Assembly (NCBI GenBank): GCA_963699725.1
Contig: CAVOVA010000027.1
Span: forward strand, 170,066-234,065
Direction: 5' to 3'
Origin: an uncultured Thermoleophilia bacterium
GTDB taxonomy: Bacteria > Actinomycetota > Thermoleophilia > UBA2241
Length of the DNA: 64,000 bases
Shown: positions 18,635 through 27,263 of the stretch, piece after piece
How positions within the stretch are numbered: position 1 is the stretch's first letter
How the letters are laid out: each line of letters opens with the position of its first letter
Notes under the pieces: model-generated
Told to the model about the DNA's origin: nothing
Database searches by the model: none
The model's input: only the letters and a program-made list of their open reading frames with translations
Position numbers and translations under genes: made by a program

Positions 18635-20158
18635 GTGACCATCATCCTGGACGGCTCGTCGCTCAGCGTCGAGAAGCTCGTGCGCATCGCCCGCGAAGGC
18701 GAGCAGGTGGAACTCGACCCGGCCGCGCTCGAACGCATCAGGGCCTGCCGCGCGATGCTCGAGGAGAAGATCGCGGCGCGCGAGATCATGTACGGCACCA
18801 ACACCGGCATCGGCGAGTTCAGCGAGATCATCCTCGACGATGACCAGGTGCAGCAGTTCCAGCGTTTCCTCGTCTACAACCACGCCGCCGGCATCGGCGA
18901 GCCGGCCCCGATCGAGGTCGTGCGCGCCGCCATGGCGGCGCGCGTCAACGTCCACGCGCACGGCAACTCGGGCAACCGGCCCGAGATCACGCAGGCGCTG
19001 GTGGAGCTGCTCAACAAGGGCGTCACCCCCGTGATGAGCTCCAAGGGCTCGGTGGGCGCTTGTGGCGACCTTGCCCCCATGGCCCAGATGGCGCTCGTCA
19101 TGATGGGCGAGGGCGAGTCCTTCTATGAGGGCGAGCGCATGCCGAGCAAGGACGCCCTGGAGCGCGCCGGCATCCCGATCCCGGGGCTGGAGGCGCGCGA
19201 CGGCCTCGCCACCATCAACGGCTCCAACGTCCTCACGGGGATGAGCGCCCTCCTCTGCTACGACGCCGACCGCTGGCTGCGCCAGGCCGAGATCGCCGCG
19301 GCGATGAGCCTCGAGGCGCTCCTCGCCAACCTCAAGCCATACGGCAGCAAGCTGCACGAGTTGCGCGGCTTCCCCGGCGCCGTGCGCAGCGCCGCGGCCG
19401 TCCGCGCCTGCATCCAGGAGAGCGACCTGGCCACCGGCAAGATCAAGACCAAGGTCCAGGACGCCTACTCCATGCGCTCCACGCCGCAGGTGATCGGCGC
19501 CGCCCACGACGCGCTCAGATGGGCCAAGAGCCAGGTCGAGATCGAGCTGAACGGCGTCGGCGACAACCCCATCTGGGTGCCGGAGGAGAAGCTGACGCTG
19601 ACCGGCGCCAACTTCCAGGGCACGCCGGTCAGCCTGCCGATGGAGATGGTCGGCCAGGCGATCACGATGGTCAGCGTACTCAGCGAGCGCCGGCTCAATC
19701 GCCTCGAGAACCCCGCCACGAGTCAGGGCTTGCCCGACTTCCTCACGCCGAAGCCCGGCTTCTACAGCGGTCTCATGCTCAGCCAGTACACCGCCGACAT
19801 GCTCATCACGGAGCAGCGCATCCTGTCGGCGCCGGCGAGCACGATGAGCATCCCTGCGGCGGCCGACCAGGAAGACTTCGTCTCCATGGGCATGAACACC
19901 GCCCTCAAGAACCGGCAGATCCTCGAGAACGCCTACGGCGTGCTCGGCATCGAGTTCATGGCCGCGGCGCAGGCGCTCGATTTCCGCGAGTTCACGCCCG
20001 GCACGGGCGTGCGCGCCGCCAAGGCGGTCGTCCGCAAGCACGTCGACCACCTCGACATCGACCGGCCCCTCTACCCGGACCACGATGCGATGGCCGCACT
20101 GGTCAAGTCGGGCGAGATCCTCGACGCGGTCGAGGCGGAGGTCGGGCCGCTGGGCTGA
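18635..20158 (+). CDS. hutH: Histidine/aromatic amino-acid ammonia-lyase (HAL family)
   Basis: YGTNTG.G, NHAAGIG, GSVGACGDLAP (MIO triad site), QDAYS.R..PQV.G, DNP, QEDFVSMG; GTG after AAGGAG. Confidence 0.85.
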   Translation: MTIILDGSSLSVEKLVRIAREGEQVELDPAALERIRACRAMLEEKIAAREIMYGTNTGIGEFSEIILDDDQVQQFQRFLVYNHAAGIGEPAPIEVVRAAMAARVNVHAHGNSGNRPEITQALVELLNKGVTPVMSSKGSVGACGDLAPMAQMALVMMGEGESFYEGERMPSKDALERAGIPIPGLEARDGLATINGSNVLTGMSALLCYDADRWLRQAEIAAAMSLEALLANLKPYGSKLHELRGFPGAVRSAAAVRACIQESDLATGKIKTKVQDAYSMRSTPQVIGAAHDALRWAKSQVEIELNGVGDNPIWVPEEKLTLTGANFQGTPVSLPMEMVGQAITMVSVLSERRLNRLENPATSQGLPDFLTPKPGFYSGLMLSQYTADMLITEQRILSAPASTMSIPAAADQEDFVSMGMNTALKNRQILENAYGVLGIEFMAAAQALDFREFTPGTGVRAAKAVVRKHVDHLDIDRPLYPDHDAMAALVKSGEILDAVEAEVGPLG

Positions 20159-20185
20159 GGTGGCGGGCGGCGAGAAGAGGGAGGA

Positions 20186-20262
<77 letters not shown>

Positions 20263-20321
20263 GCGGAACCGGGAGTCTAGCACACGGCGTACGGCCCGGC
20301 AAAGCGCCCCGCTCCGGGGCG

Positions 20322-21599
20322 TCAGGCTGCGCCGGATCCGTCTTCGCCGCGCTCCCGGGCGCGGCGCGCCGAGTAGCCGGTCCGTCCGGCCCAGACGGCG
20401 TAGTCGAGCAGGGCGCGGCCGAACCACGGCCTGCCCGGCAGGCCGTGCACGCCGCGCACCATCGGCGCCGCGAGCGCGTCGTCGTAGGCTTCGAGGATGC
20501 TGTCCGTGATGCGCGTCCAGGAGAGCTCGGCGGCGGCGGCGCTCCCGGCGGCGGTCAGCCGCCGCCGCTCCTCGCCGTCGTTCAACAGGTCGAACAGCGC
20601 GTCGGCCAGCGCGACGGGGTCGCCGGGCGGCGATAGCCGCCCGGCTTGGCCGTCGCGCAGCACCGCCCGGTAGCCCGGGAGGTCCGAAGCGACCACCGGC
20701 ACGCCGGCCGCCATCGCCTCTGCCAGCACGATGCCGAAGCTCTCGGCGGCGAGCGACGGCGCGCAGACCACCTCCGCCTGCGCCAGCTGCGCCACCTTCT
20801 CGTCGTCGTCGACCCATCCCAGAGCCTCCACTCCCGCCATGTCGACGATGATCTGGCTGCCGTTGCGCTCCGTCTCGATCAGTTGCCTGCGCGTGGCGCC
20901 CGCGACCACGAGCGTCGCGTGCGGTGCGCGCTCGCGCAGGAGCGTGAACGCCTGGAGGAGAACGCCGAGCCCCTTCCGGCGCTCGGCGCGTCCGATGAAG
21001 AGGATGCGGCCCTCGACCTTGGGCGCCCCCACGGCAACCGCGTACTTCTCCACCGTCACGCCGTTGGGGATGATCCGGAAGTCCTCCGGGAAGAGGCTCG
21101 CCGGGAACTCGCGGGCCGCCTCGGAGACCGCGACGCACACATCGATGTGCTTCATCGCGCTGCGCCCCACCCACTGCGCGTGCTCGTAGCCGAAGGAGGA
21201 CTCGAGTGCGGCGTGGAACGTCGCCACGACCGGCGATGCTGCCAGGAACAGGGCCGCCAGGCTCACCGACGGCACTCCCGGCTCGTGGATGTGCAGCACG
21301 TCGAAGCGCCCGATGCGCAGGGCCCGATCCATGCGCATCACCACTCGGGGATTGACGCTGATGTAGGCGAGCGAGCCGTTGGACGGCAAGGGCACCGCCG
21401 TGCCCATCGGGATGAAGCGCTCGGTCATCGGATGGCGACGGCTGTCGACCGCGCGCCGCGCCGGTGTGATGGCCCCCACCGGCGCGATGATCCAAGGCTC
21501 GTGGCCGCGCTCCTCGAGCTCCGCCGCGAGATGCTCGATGTGATGGTTCACACCGCCGGGGACGGTCCATGAGTACGGAGATACGAGCCCTACGCGCAT
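20322..21599 (-). CDS. GT4 glycosyltransferase, PimA-like (phosphatidylinositol mannosyltransferase)
   Basis: SPYSW.VPGGV, P.NGS, HIHEP, RKG, ESFGIVL.EAMAAG. Confidence 0.8.
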   Translation of the reverse strand: MRVGLVSPYSWTVPGGVNHHIEHLAAELEERGHEPWIIAPVGAITPARRAVDSRRHPMTERFIPMGTAVPLPSNGSLAYISVNPRVVMRMDRALRIGRFDVLHIHEPGVPSVSLAALFLAASPVVATFHAALESSFGYEHAQWVGRSAMKHIDVCVAVSEAAREFPASLFPEDFRIIPNGVTVEKYAVAVGAPKVEGRILFIGRAERRKGLGVLLQAFTLLRERAPHATLVVAGATRRQLIETERNGSQIIVDMAGVEALGWVDDDEKVAQLAQAEVVCAPSLAAESFGIVLAEAMAAGVPVVASDLPGYRAVLRDGQAGRLSPPGDPVALADALFDLLNDGEERRRLTAAGSAAAAELSWTRITDSILEAYDDALAAPMVRGVHGLPGRPWFGRALLDYAVWAGRTGYSARRARERGEDGSGAA

Positions 21600-21606
21600 C
21601 GCCGGA

Positions 21607-22248
21607 TCAGCCCCGGCGCTCGTCGCGGTCGAGCCAGAAGCGATTCCACACGACCTCGGGGGACTCCGGCAGACCTGCACCGGGCGAGCCCTTGAGGCGA
21701 GCGGCGAAGATCACGGTGATCAGGGCGAGCGGTCCGAGCGCGCGCCGGGGACTGCGATGCAACGCGAGGCTGATGAGCGGCAGCGAGAGCGCTGTGATGC
21801 TCACTGCCTGTGCGTGACGATGCACCAGGCTGCCGCCGACCAGCGGTACACAGGCGACCGTCATCATCGCCGGATCCATGGCGAAGGCGGCGCCGAGGGC
21901 GCAGGCGGCGCCGCGCCCGCGGACGACGGCGATGTGCCCGCACATCGCGGAGATACCGACCGCGGCGGTGGCGCCGTCGCCGGAGCCGTCCAGCCTCGCG
22001 GCCATCGCCGGCACGTATGCCTTGAGAGCGTCCAGCGCAAGCACCCCGGCGCCTGCCTGCCAGCCGACGCTGCGGGCGACGTTGGACGAGCCCGGCTTGC
22101 CGTCGCCGAGATCGTCGAGCTGCTCGCCGGTGACCGCGCGCGTGACCAGCCGGCCGGTCGGGATGGTGCCGGCGGCGAAGGATGCGGCCATCCACGCGAG
22201 TGAGCGCGCCGCTCCCCAGCGGCGGCGGCGCGTACCTCGTCCGCTCAC
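21607..22248 (-). CDS. Glycerol-3-phosphate acyltransferase PlsY-like membrane protein
   Basis: G.IP.G, GDGKPGSSNV.R, D.LK, GH...RG.G.A motifs; start uncertain (GTG 22248 or ATG 22191). Confidence 0.7.
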   Translation of the reverse strand: MSGRGTRRRRWGAARSLAWMAASFAAGTIPTGRLVTRAVTGEQLDDLGDGKPGSSNVARSVGWQAGAGVLALDALKAYVPAMAARLDGSGDGATAAVGISAMCGHIAVVRGRGAACALGAAFAMDPAMMTVACVPLVGGSLVHRHAQAVSITALSLPLISLALHRSPRRALGPLALITVIFAARLKGSPGAGLPESPEVVWNRFWLDRDERRG

Positions 22249-23426
22249 CGGGCGGCCGCCCTGTGCAGCAGTTCGCGGTAGCGCTCGCCCACGACCGCCG
22301 GCGTGTGGCGTGCCAGCGCGAGCTCGCGTCCCCTGACGCCCATCTCCCGACGCTGGTCGGGCGAGCGCCGCAGGATCGACGCCAGCGCGGCGGCGATCTG
22401 CTGGCAAGAATGACCGTCGACGACGAGGCCGGTCTCGCCCTGGATGACCGCCTCCGGCGCGCCGCCGGAATTCCCGGCGATCACCGGCAACCCGGTGAGC
22501 GCGGCCTCCGCGAAGACGATGCCGAAGCCCTCGACCTCGAGGCCGCCCCAGCGGCTGCGGCACGGAGACGCGAAGATGTCGGCGGCCCGCAGCCACTCCA
22601 TCATCGCGGGGTCGGCGAGCGCGCCCGTGAGGTGCACGCGTTCGCCCACCCCGCGCTTCTGTGCGCGATCGTAGAGGCCCGTGGCCAGGCGCCCCTCGCC
22701 GATGAGCACGAGGTGCAGGCGAGGGAACTCGCTGCGGAGGAGGGCCAGGGCGTCGATGAGCTTGTCCTGGCCCTTGCGCGGTATGAGCCGGCCGACACAG
22801 ACGACGAGCTGGCCGTCGATGCCGTGGCGCGTACGCAGCGCCCGCGCCTCGTCGCCGGCAGCGGGCACGAAGTCGTCGACCGACAGCGGCGGACGCAGCA
22901 CCTCCGCGGGCACCCGGCCGTCGGTCTGCTTGCGCGCCGCCGCCGCGGTGTACTCGCTCACGGTGAGCAGCATCGAAGCGTTGCCGAGTACGTGGCGAAG
23001 CAGGTTGCCCACCCCCGGGACCACACCCGGCAGCGTGACCTCGGCCCCGCCGAGGAACACGACGTAGGGCAGCCCGTGCCGCTGACGGAGCCGCGGTCCG
23101 AGAAGGCCGGCCGGCAGCGGATGGCCGAGCTGGATGAGCTCCGCTCCTTCGCGCTCGGCCATCTGCTCCACCGTGTGCAGCATGGCGTTCGTCGGCCACA
23201 GCACGGAGGTAGAGGCGCGCACGACCGTGTACGGGTGCGTCGCGTCGAAGGCGGCGGCGTCGATGTGCGCCGGCGCGAGGATCGCGACCTCGGAGGGGTC
23301 GAGCGTGCGGATCACGCCCCAGTAGTACGACTGGGCGCCGCCGATCCGGGGTGGGAAGTCATTGGTGACGAAAAGCGTGCGCGGCGCTCGCTCGGCTGTC
23401 GTGCTGGCTGCCAGGTCTCCCTCCAC
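22245..23426 (-). CDS. GT4 glycosyltransferase, PimB-like
   Basis: TNDFPPR.GG.QSY, RL.PRKGQD, EGFGIVF.EA...G.PV.AG.SGGAPE. Confidence 0.82.
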   Translation of the reverse strand: MEGDLAASTTAERAPRTLFVTNDFPPRIGGAQSYYWGVIRTLDPSEVAILAPAHIDAAAFDATHPYTVVRASTSVLWPTNAMLHTVEQMAEREGAELIQLGHPLPAGLLGPRLRQRHGLPYVVFLGGAEVTLPGVVPGVGNLLRHVLGNASMLLTVSEYTAAAARKQTDGRVPAEVLRPPLSVDDFVPAAGDEARALRTRHGIDGQLVVCVGRLIPRKGQDKLIDALALLRSEFPRLHLVLIGEGRLATGLYDRAQKRGVGERVHLTGALADPAMMEWLRAADIFASPCRSRWGGLEVEGFGIVFAEAALTGLPVIAGNSGGAPEAVIQGETGLVVDGHSCQQIAAALASILRRSPDQRREMGVRGRELALARHTPAVVGERYRELLHRAAAR

Positions 23427-23572
23427 TGTCGTCGCACGGCCCCCGCCGGGGACGAGTCCGATTCACTCTACCATGACCACCGGGGACTCGACCCGACACC
23501 GGCCGGCGGCCCCGGCTGGGCTCGGCGGGCCGCTCGTCCTTCTCCTGCGCGACGCACGTCGCGGCGGCAACG

Positions 23573-24316
23573 TCATGAGGGAGCGGCCGGGAGCGTGAGC
23601 GACGCCGTCAAGCCCTTGCCGCCCTCACTCGCGAGCGCTACGGTCCCACCGTTGCGCGCGGCGAGCTCCCGGCAGACCCAGAGACCGGCGCCGAGGCCGG
23701 GCACGCCCAGGCTCCTGGCCAGCTCCCCGCGGAACCCGAACTCGAAGGCCCGGGGCAGCTCCTCCGGAGTGATCCCCGGGCCGGAGTCGGCGACCTGGAT
23801 GACGACGGTTCCGGGCTCGTCGCCGGGCCGGATGTGCACACCGATGCTGCCGGTGCCCGGCGCGTAGGCCGCGGCGTTGCGGACGAGGTCGGCGACGATC
23901 TGGCGCACGTCGTCACGGTCGGCCCACGCGCGCAAGGGCGGCTGCGGCCCGAAGTCGACGGTGACCGGCGGTCCGCCGTCATCGTCGACTCTGCGTACGA
24001 GGAGGATCTCCTCCACCACGTCCTCAAGTGCCACGACGGCCGGCAGCGCCGGCGCCACCGAGCAGTCGGTCCAGCCGCTGGCGGTCGCTGCGGTGATCAG
24101 GCCTTCGAGACGCGCGACGTTGCGGTCCAGCGTCTCGAGGTACCCCCGCTGCTTCGGGCTGAGCTCGCCGGCGCCGCCGTCGAGCAGCAGCGAGAGCAAG
24201 GGGTAGATCACCGCGAGCGGGGCGCGGAGCTCGTGTCGCACGTGCGACTGACGCTCGCGCGCGGCCCCGATCGCGGCCTCCAGCGCGTCGCGGTCGGCGG
24301 CCGGCGACCCGGTCAT
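23573..24316 (-). CDS. Histidine kinase (HisKA + HATPase_c) without input domain
   Basis: HELRAPL H-box, NA..Y, DSGPGI, G.GL. Confidence 0.8.
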   Translation of the reverse strand: MTGSPAADRDALEAAIGAARERQSHVRHELRAPLAVIYPLLSLLLDGGAGELSPKQRGYLETLDRNVARLEGLITAATASGWTDCSVAPALPAVVALEDVVEEILLVRRVDDDGGPPVTVDFGPQPPLRAWADRDDVRQIVADLVRNAAAYAPGTGSIGVHIRPGDEPGTVVIQVADSGPGITPEELPRAFEFGFRGELARSLGVPGLGAGLWVCRELAARNGGTVALASEGGKGLTASLTLPAAPS

Positions 24317-24496
24317 GCTCTCTCCCCTGGCGTCATGCCTGTACCTTATCCCAGCGGGAATCGTGCCGGCACCGGTACTTCCGCCCAGACATCTGGTCAT
24401 GCCGAGTCGACTTCATGAGCTGGGGCGCGACCGGCGACCGACCCGAGAGACCCCGTCCCCAGCGACGCTGCGTTCGTCTGGATGACTCCCCCGGCC

Positions 24497-25054
24497 TCAG
24501 TCCACGGTGGAGGCGGCCGCCGCGTAGATCAGCGACGCCCTCCCGTCCGCGTCGGAGAAGGTGAGGCTGCCGTCGTTCACCTCGTACGCGGTCGCTCCCG
24601 CGAGCAACTCGAGGTACGTGGTCTCGGCGCGCATGTCCGGCTCGGGGCCCGCCATCATCGTGCTCGCCATCTCGCCGACGCTGAAGGTCCCGTCGGACCC
24701 GGCCTCATACGAACCGCCGTAGGTGTTGACTGCCGAAGTGCCACCGATCCGCCCGTCGGCGAACTCGGCTGTGATGGTGAAGTCGGCGGGATCTTGAGTG
24801 TCGTCCGACCAGCCCGTCAGCCGCCAGGAGGTGCCCTCCAGCGACGGGGTGTCGTCAGGTTCGCCGCCCGAGCCGCAGCCGGCGCCGAAGGCGACGAGCA
24901 TCGCGGCCGCAAGCCAGACGGCGAGCAGAAGGGAGAGGGAATGATGGGCGGCTCGCCCTGCGGCGGCCGCCGACACTCGCTTCGGCCCTATCGCCTGGCT
25001 CCTCTCGTCGACGACATCTGCTGGGACGACGACCGGGCGACGAACGGGGTTCAC
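24497..25054 (-). CDS. META-domain (HslJ-like) lipoprotein
   Basis: Lipobox-like GAGC, L.GTSW.L, GGTSAVNTY, STMMAG; start uncertain. Confidence 0.72.
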   Translation of the reverse strand: MNPVRRPVVVPADVVDERSQAIGPKRVSAAAAGRAAHHSLSLLLAVWLAAAMLVAFGAGCGSGGEPDDTPSLEGTSWRLTGWSDDTQDPADFTITAEFADGRIGGTSAVNTYGGSYEAGSDGTFSVGEMASTMMAGPEPDMRAETTYLELLAGATAYEVNDGSLTFSDADGRASLIYAAAASTVD

Positions 25055-25078
25055 GCCCGCGACGGTGACTGGTCCACG

Positions 25079-25153
25079 TGGTGGGCGATGCTGGATTTGA
25101 ACCAGCGACCCCCTGCTTGTAAGGCAGGTGCTCTACCCCTGAGCTAATCGCCC
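25079..25153 (-). tRNA. tRNA-Val (TAC)
   Basis: GGGCGATTAGCTCAGGGGTAGAGCACCTGCCTTACAAGCAGG...GGTTCAAATCC...CGCCCACCA. Confidence 0.95.
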
Positions 25154-25266
25154 GCACGCGGCCTAGTATACGACGGCCGCGTCCGCCGGCCCGCCTGCGC
25201 CGTCGCCCTGGCCGGCCCGCCCGGCCTGCGGACGTCGACCTCGCTGCGTACGGCGCCGTACGCCGA

Positions 25267-25299
25267 AGGGGCGGGAGGCCCTTCCGGCCTCCCGCCCCT
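25267..25299 (-). terminator. GC-rich stem-loop downstream of pilin cluster
   Basis: aggggcgggaggcc-cttcc-ggcctcccgcccct, perfect 14-bp stem; no strong U-tract. Confidence 0.6.
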
Positions 25300-25323
25300 C
25301 AGAATCAGGATGTGTTGACTGCG

Positions 25324-26475
25324 CTACTGCGGCCGCACCTCGCGCCACGTGTTGCGCACCCGGCGACACATCGACGGGAAGCGCTCGTCAAGGTTCGCGA
25401 TGCATTTGTCGTTGTAGAGGATGTTCGGCGTACCCCTCATGTCTTCGTCGGTGTTGGCGATCACCATCCCGTGGATGTCGCCGGTGCCGTGCGACGTGTT
25501 CATCGGCCCTTCGCAGTACATCACGCCGTAGTACTGGGCGGTGCCGCCCCAGGAGAGGGTGCTGCCCCCAAGAACCATGAGGATGCCCGGATTGTCTTCG
25601 CTGTTGAGGACCGTGTTGCCCTGGACCTTGAGCTCGATCACGCTCGGCGGCTCGATCACCGTGAGGCCACTCAAGCCGCCCGTCGGGCTCCAGACGGCGT
25701 TCGCGGGGCTCGCCTCGGCAGCGGCCAGGGACGTGAAGTAGCGGCCGTTGGCCTGTGCCGTCGTGGTGAGAGCATCGACGAGTGTCTGGGGGAAGACCTG
25801 GTCCAGCGGCGTGATGGCCGCGCCGGTCAGCTGCGCGATGCCGCCGGCCGTGACATCAGTCTCTTCGATCGTGCCGCCCACGTGGACCGTCGTGGTGATG
25901 CCGGTGGGCGGCGGCACCTCGACCTTGATCTTCGGGTTGTTGCCGCCCCCGTTGCTGTACAGGTCTCCGCCGGCCCACAGCGGGATGCCCCGCGGCAGCG
26001 CCATCTTGAAGTAGCTGCGCTCGACTTGGCTGATGACGCGCGTCGCGCGCGATCCCACGTTCGATTGAGACACCATCCAGAGCTTGCCGTCGTCATCGGC
26101 GTCCCAGTGCACCGAGGTGTCGCTCGGGTCGTCGTACCAAGTGACGCTGATGAACTGCCCGCTCGACGGGTCGGGGAACTCGCTGGTGGGGAAGCGCCCG
26201 CGAAACGTCGTCGCGTCGAACGTGGGTATCCCCGTCGAGGACACCGGCCACTGGTTGCTGAGAAGGGCCATGCCGGCGTCGAGACCCGCCTCACACACCG
26301 TGAACGACTTGACGTGCTGCCGGGTGTCCGCGGTGTTGTGCTGCACGTTTGCGATGAACACGACGAGGGTCGCCGCTGAGATCGCGAGGGCGGCGACCAC
26401 GCCGATGATGAGGACCAGGCCCGCACCCCGCTCGGGGATGCGATCGTGGCTCCTCTCTTCAGTCCCCGTGCTCAC
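25324..26475 (-). CDS. PilX-like minor pilin / pilus assembly protein
   Basis: ERG|AGLVLII hydrophobic N-terminus lacking Glu5, EAGL, C-terminal WRE. Confidence 0.7.
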   Translation of the reverse strand: MSTGTEERSHDRIPERGAGLVLIIGVVAALAISAATLVVFIANVQHNTADTRQHVKSFTVCEAGLDAGMALLSNQWPVSSTGIPTFDATTFRGRFPTSEFPDPSSGQFISVTWYDDPSDTSVHWDADDDGKLWMVSQSNVGSRATRVISQVERSYFKMALPRGIPLWAGGDLYSNGGGNNPKIKVEVPPPTGITTTVHVGGTIEETDVTAGGIAQLTGAAITPLDQVFPQTLVDALTTTAQANGRYFTSLAAAEASPANAVWSPTGGLSGLTVIEPPSVIELKVQGNTVLNSEDNPGILMVLGGSTLSWGGTAQYYGVMYCEGPMNTSHGTGDIHGMVIANTDEDMRGTPNILYNDKCIANLDERFPSMCRRVRNTWREVRPQ

Positions 26476-26515
26476 CGCTCACCTCCGTCGTGGGGCATGC
26501 CCATCCGCCCCATCG

Positions 26516-27262
26516 CTATCTCGTGTTGCGCAGTTGCGCCGTCGTACGCACGTGCCAGTACACCGGCGACTTGCCGGGGTTCAGGTCGACCAGGAGGTTG
26601 AACTCGACCGCCCTGATCTGGGCGCGGTTCTGCGTGCCGCGCACGTCGTGCGCGTGCACCAGGCTGCCGCTGGAGTCGTAGTAGATGTAGCTGAACAGTT
26701 CCGTCGGGTTCGCCGTGGTCGGCGTGCTCAGGTTGACCACGTCCTCGATCATGAGTTGCGCGCCCTCCCCGGCCTCGGGCGTGCCCAGAGGGCCCTCGAG
26801 CGACATGTTCACGCCCGCGATGGCGCCCGAGCCGTCGGCATCACTGAACCGCCAGAGTTGGCCGTTGCCATACAGGCGGTACATGACCAGCCGGGGTGGC
26901 GTGGTCACGTCGTCGTTGCCGGACTTGTTGAAGGTCGTGTAGACGACGATGTAGTACGGACGAGCCCGGACGATGGACACCTCGCTCACGGTCGCCGGCG
27001 GCTGCTCCGCGTCGCGGACCTCGCGCTCCATCCGGTCCAGCGCCTGCCGGGCGAAGTCGCTCGCCGTCCCCCGCCTCACCGTGTTGGCGTACGAGCCCGA
27101 GAGGGCGACCCAGCTGAGGATGATCATCGCCGAGATGACGAGGCTGATGCTCATGGCCACGAGCAACTCGACGAGCGTCATGCCGCGCTGATCCCTCGCG
27201 CGCCGAGTGCACCTGCTCCCGCCCATCTCACGCTGTATGACGCTCATGTCGGCTCCCGCCAC
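26516..27262 (-). CDS. PilW-like prepilin-type protein
   Basis: QRG|MTLVELLVAM class III signal, C-terminal LRN; start uncertain. Confidence 0.78.
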   Translation of the reverse strand: MAGADMSVIQREMGGSRCTRRARDQRGMTLVELLVAMSISLVISAMIILSWVALSGSYANTVRRGTASDFARQALDRMEREVRDAEQPPATVSEVSIVRARPYYIVVYTTFNKSGNDDVTTPPRLVMYRLYGNGQLWRFSDADGSGAIAGVNMSLEGPLGTPEAGEGAQLMIEDVVNLSTPTTANPTELFSYIYYDSSGSLVHAHDVRGTQNRAQIRAVEFNLLVDLNPGKSPVYWHVRTTAQLRNTR

Positions 27263-27263
27263 A

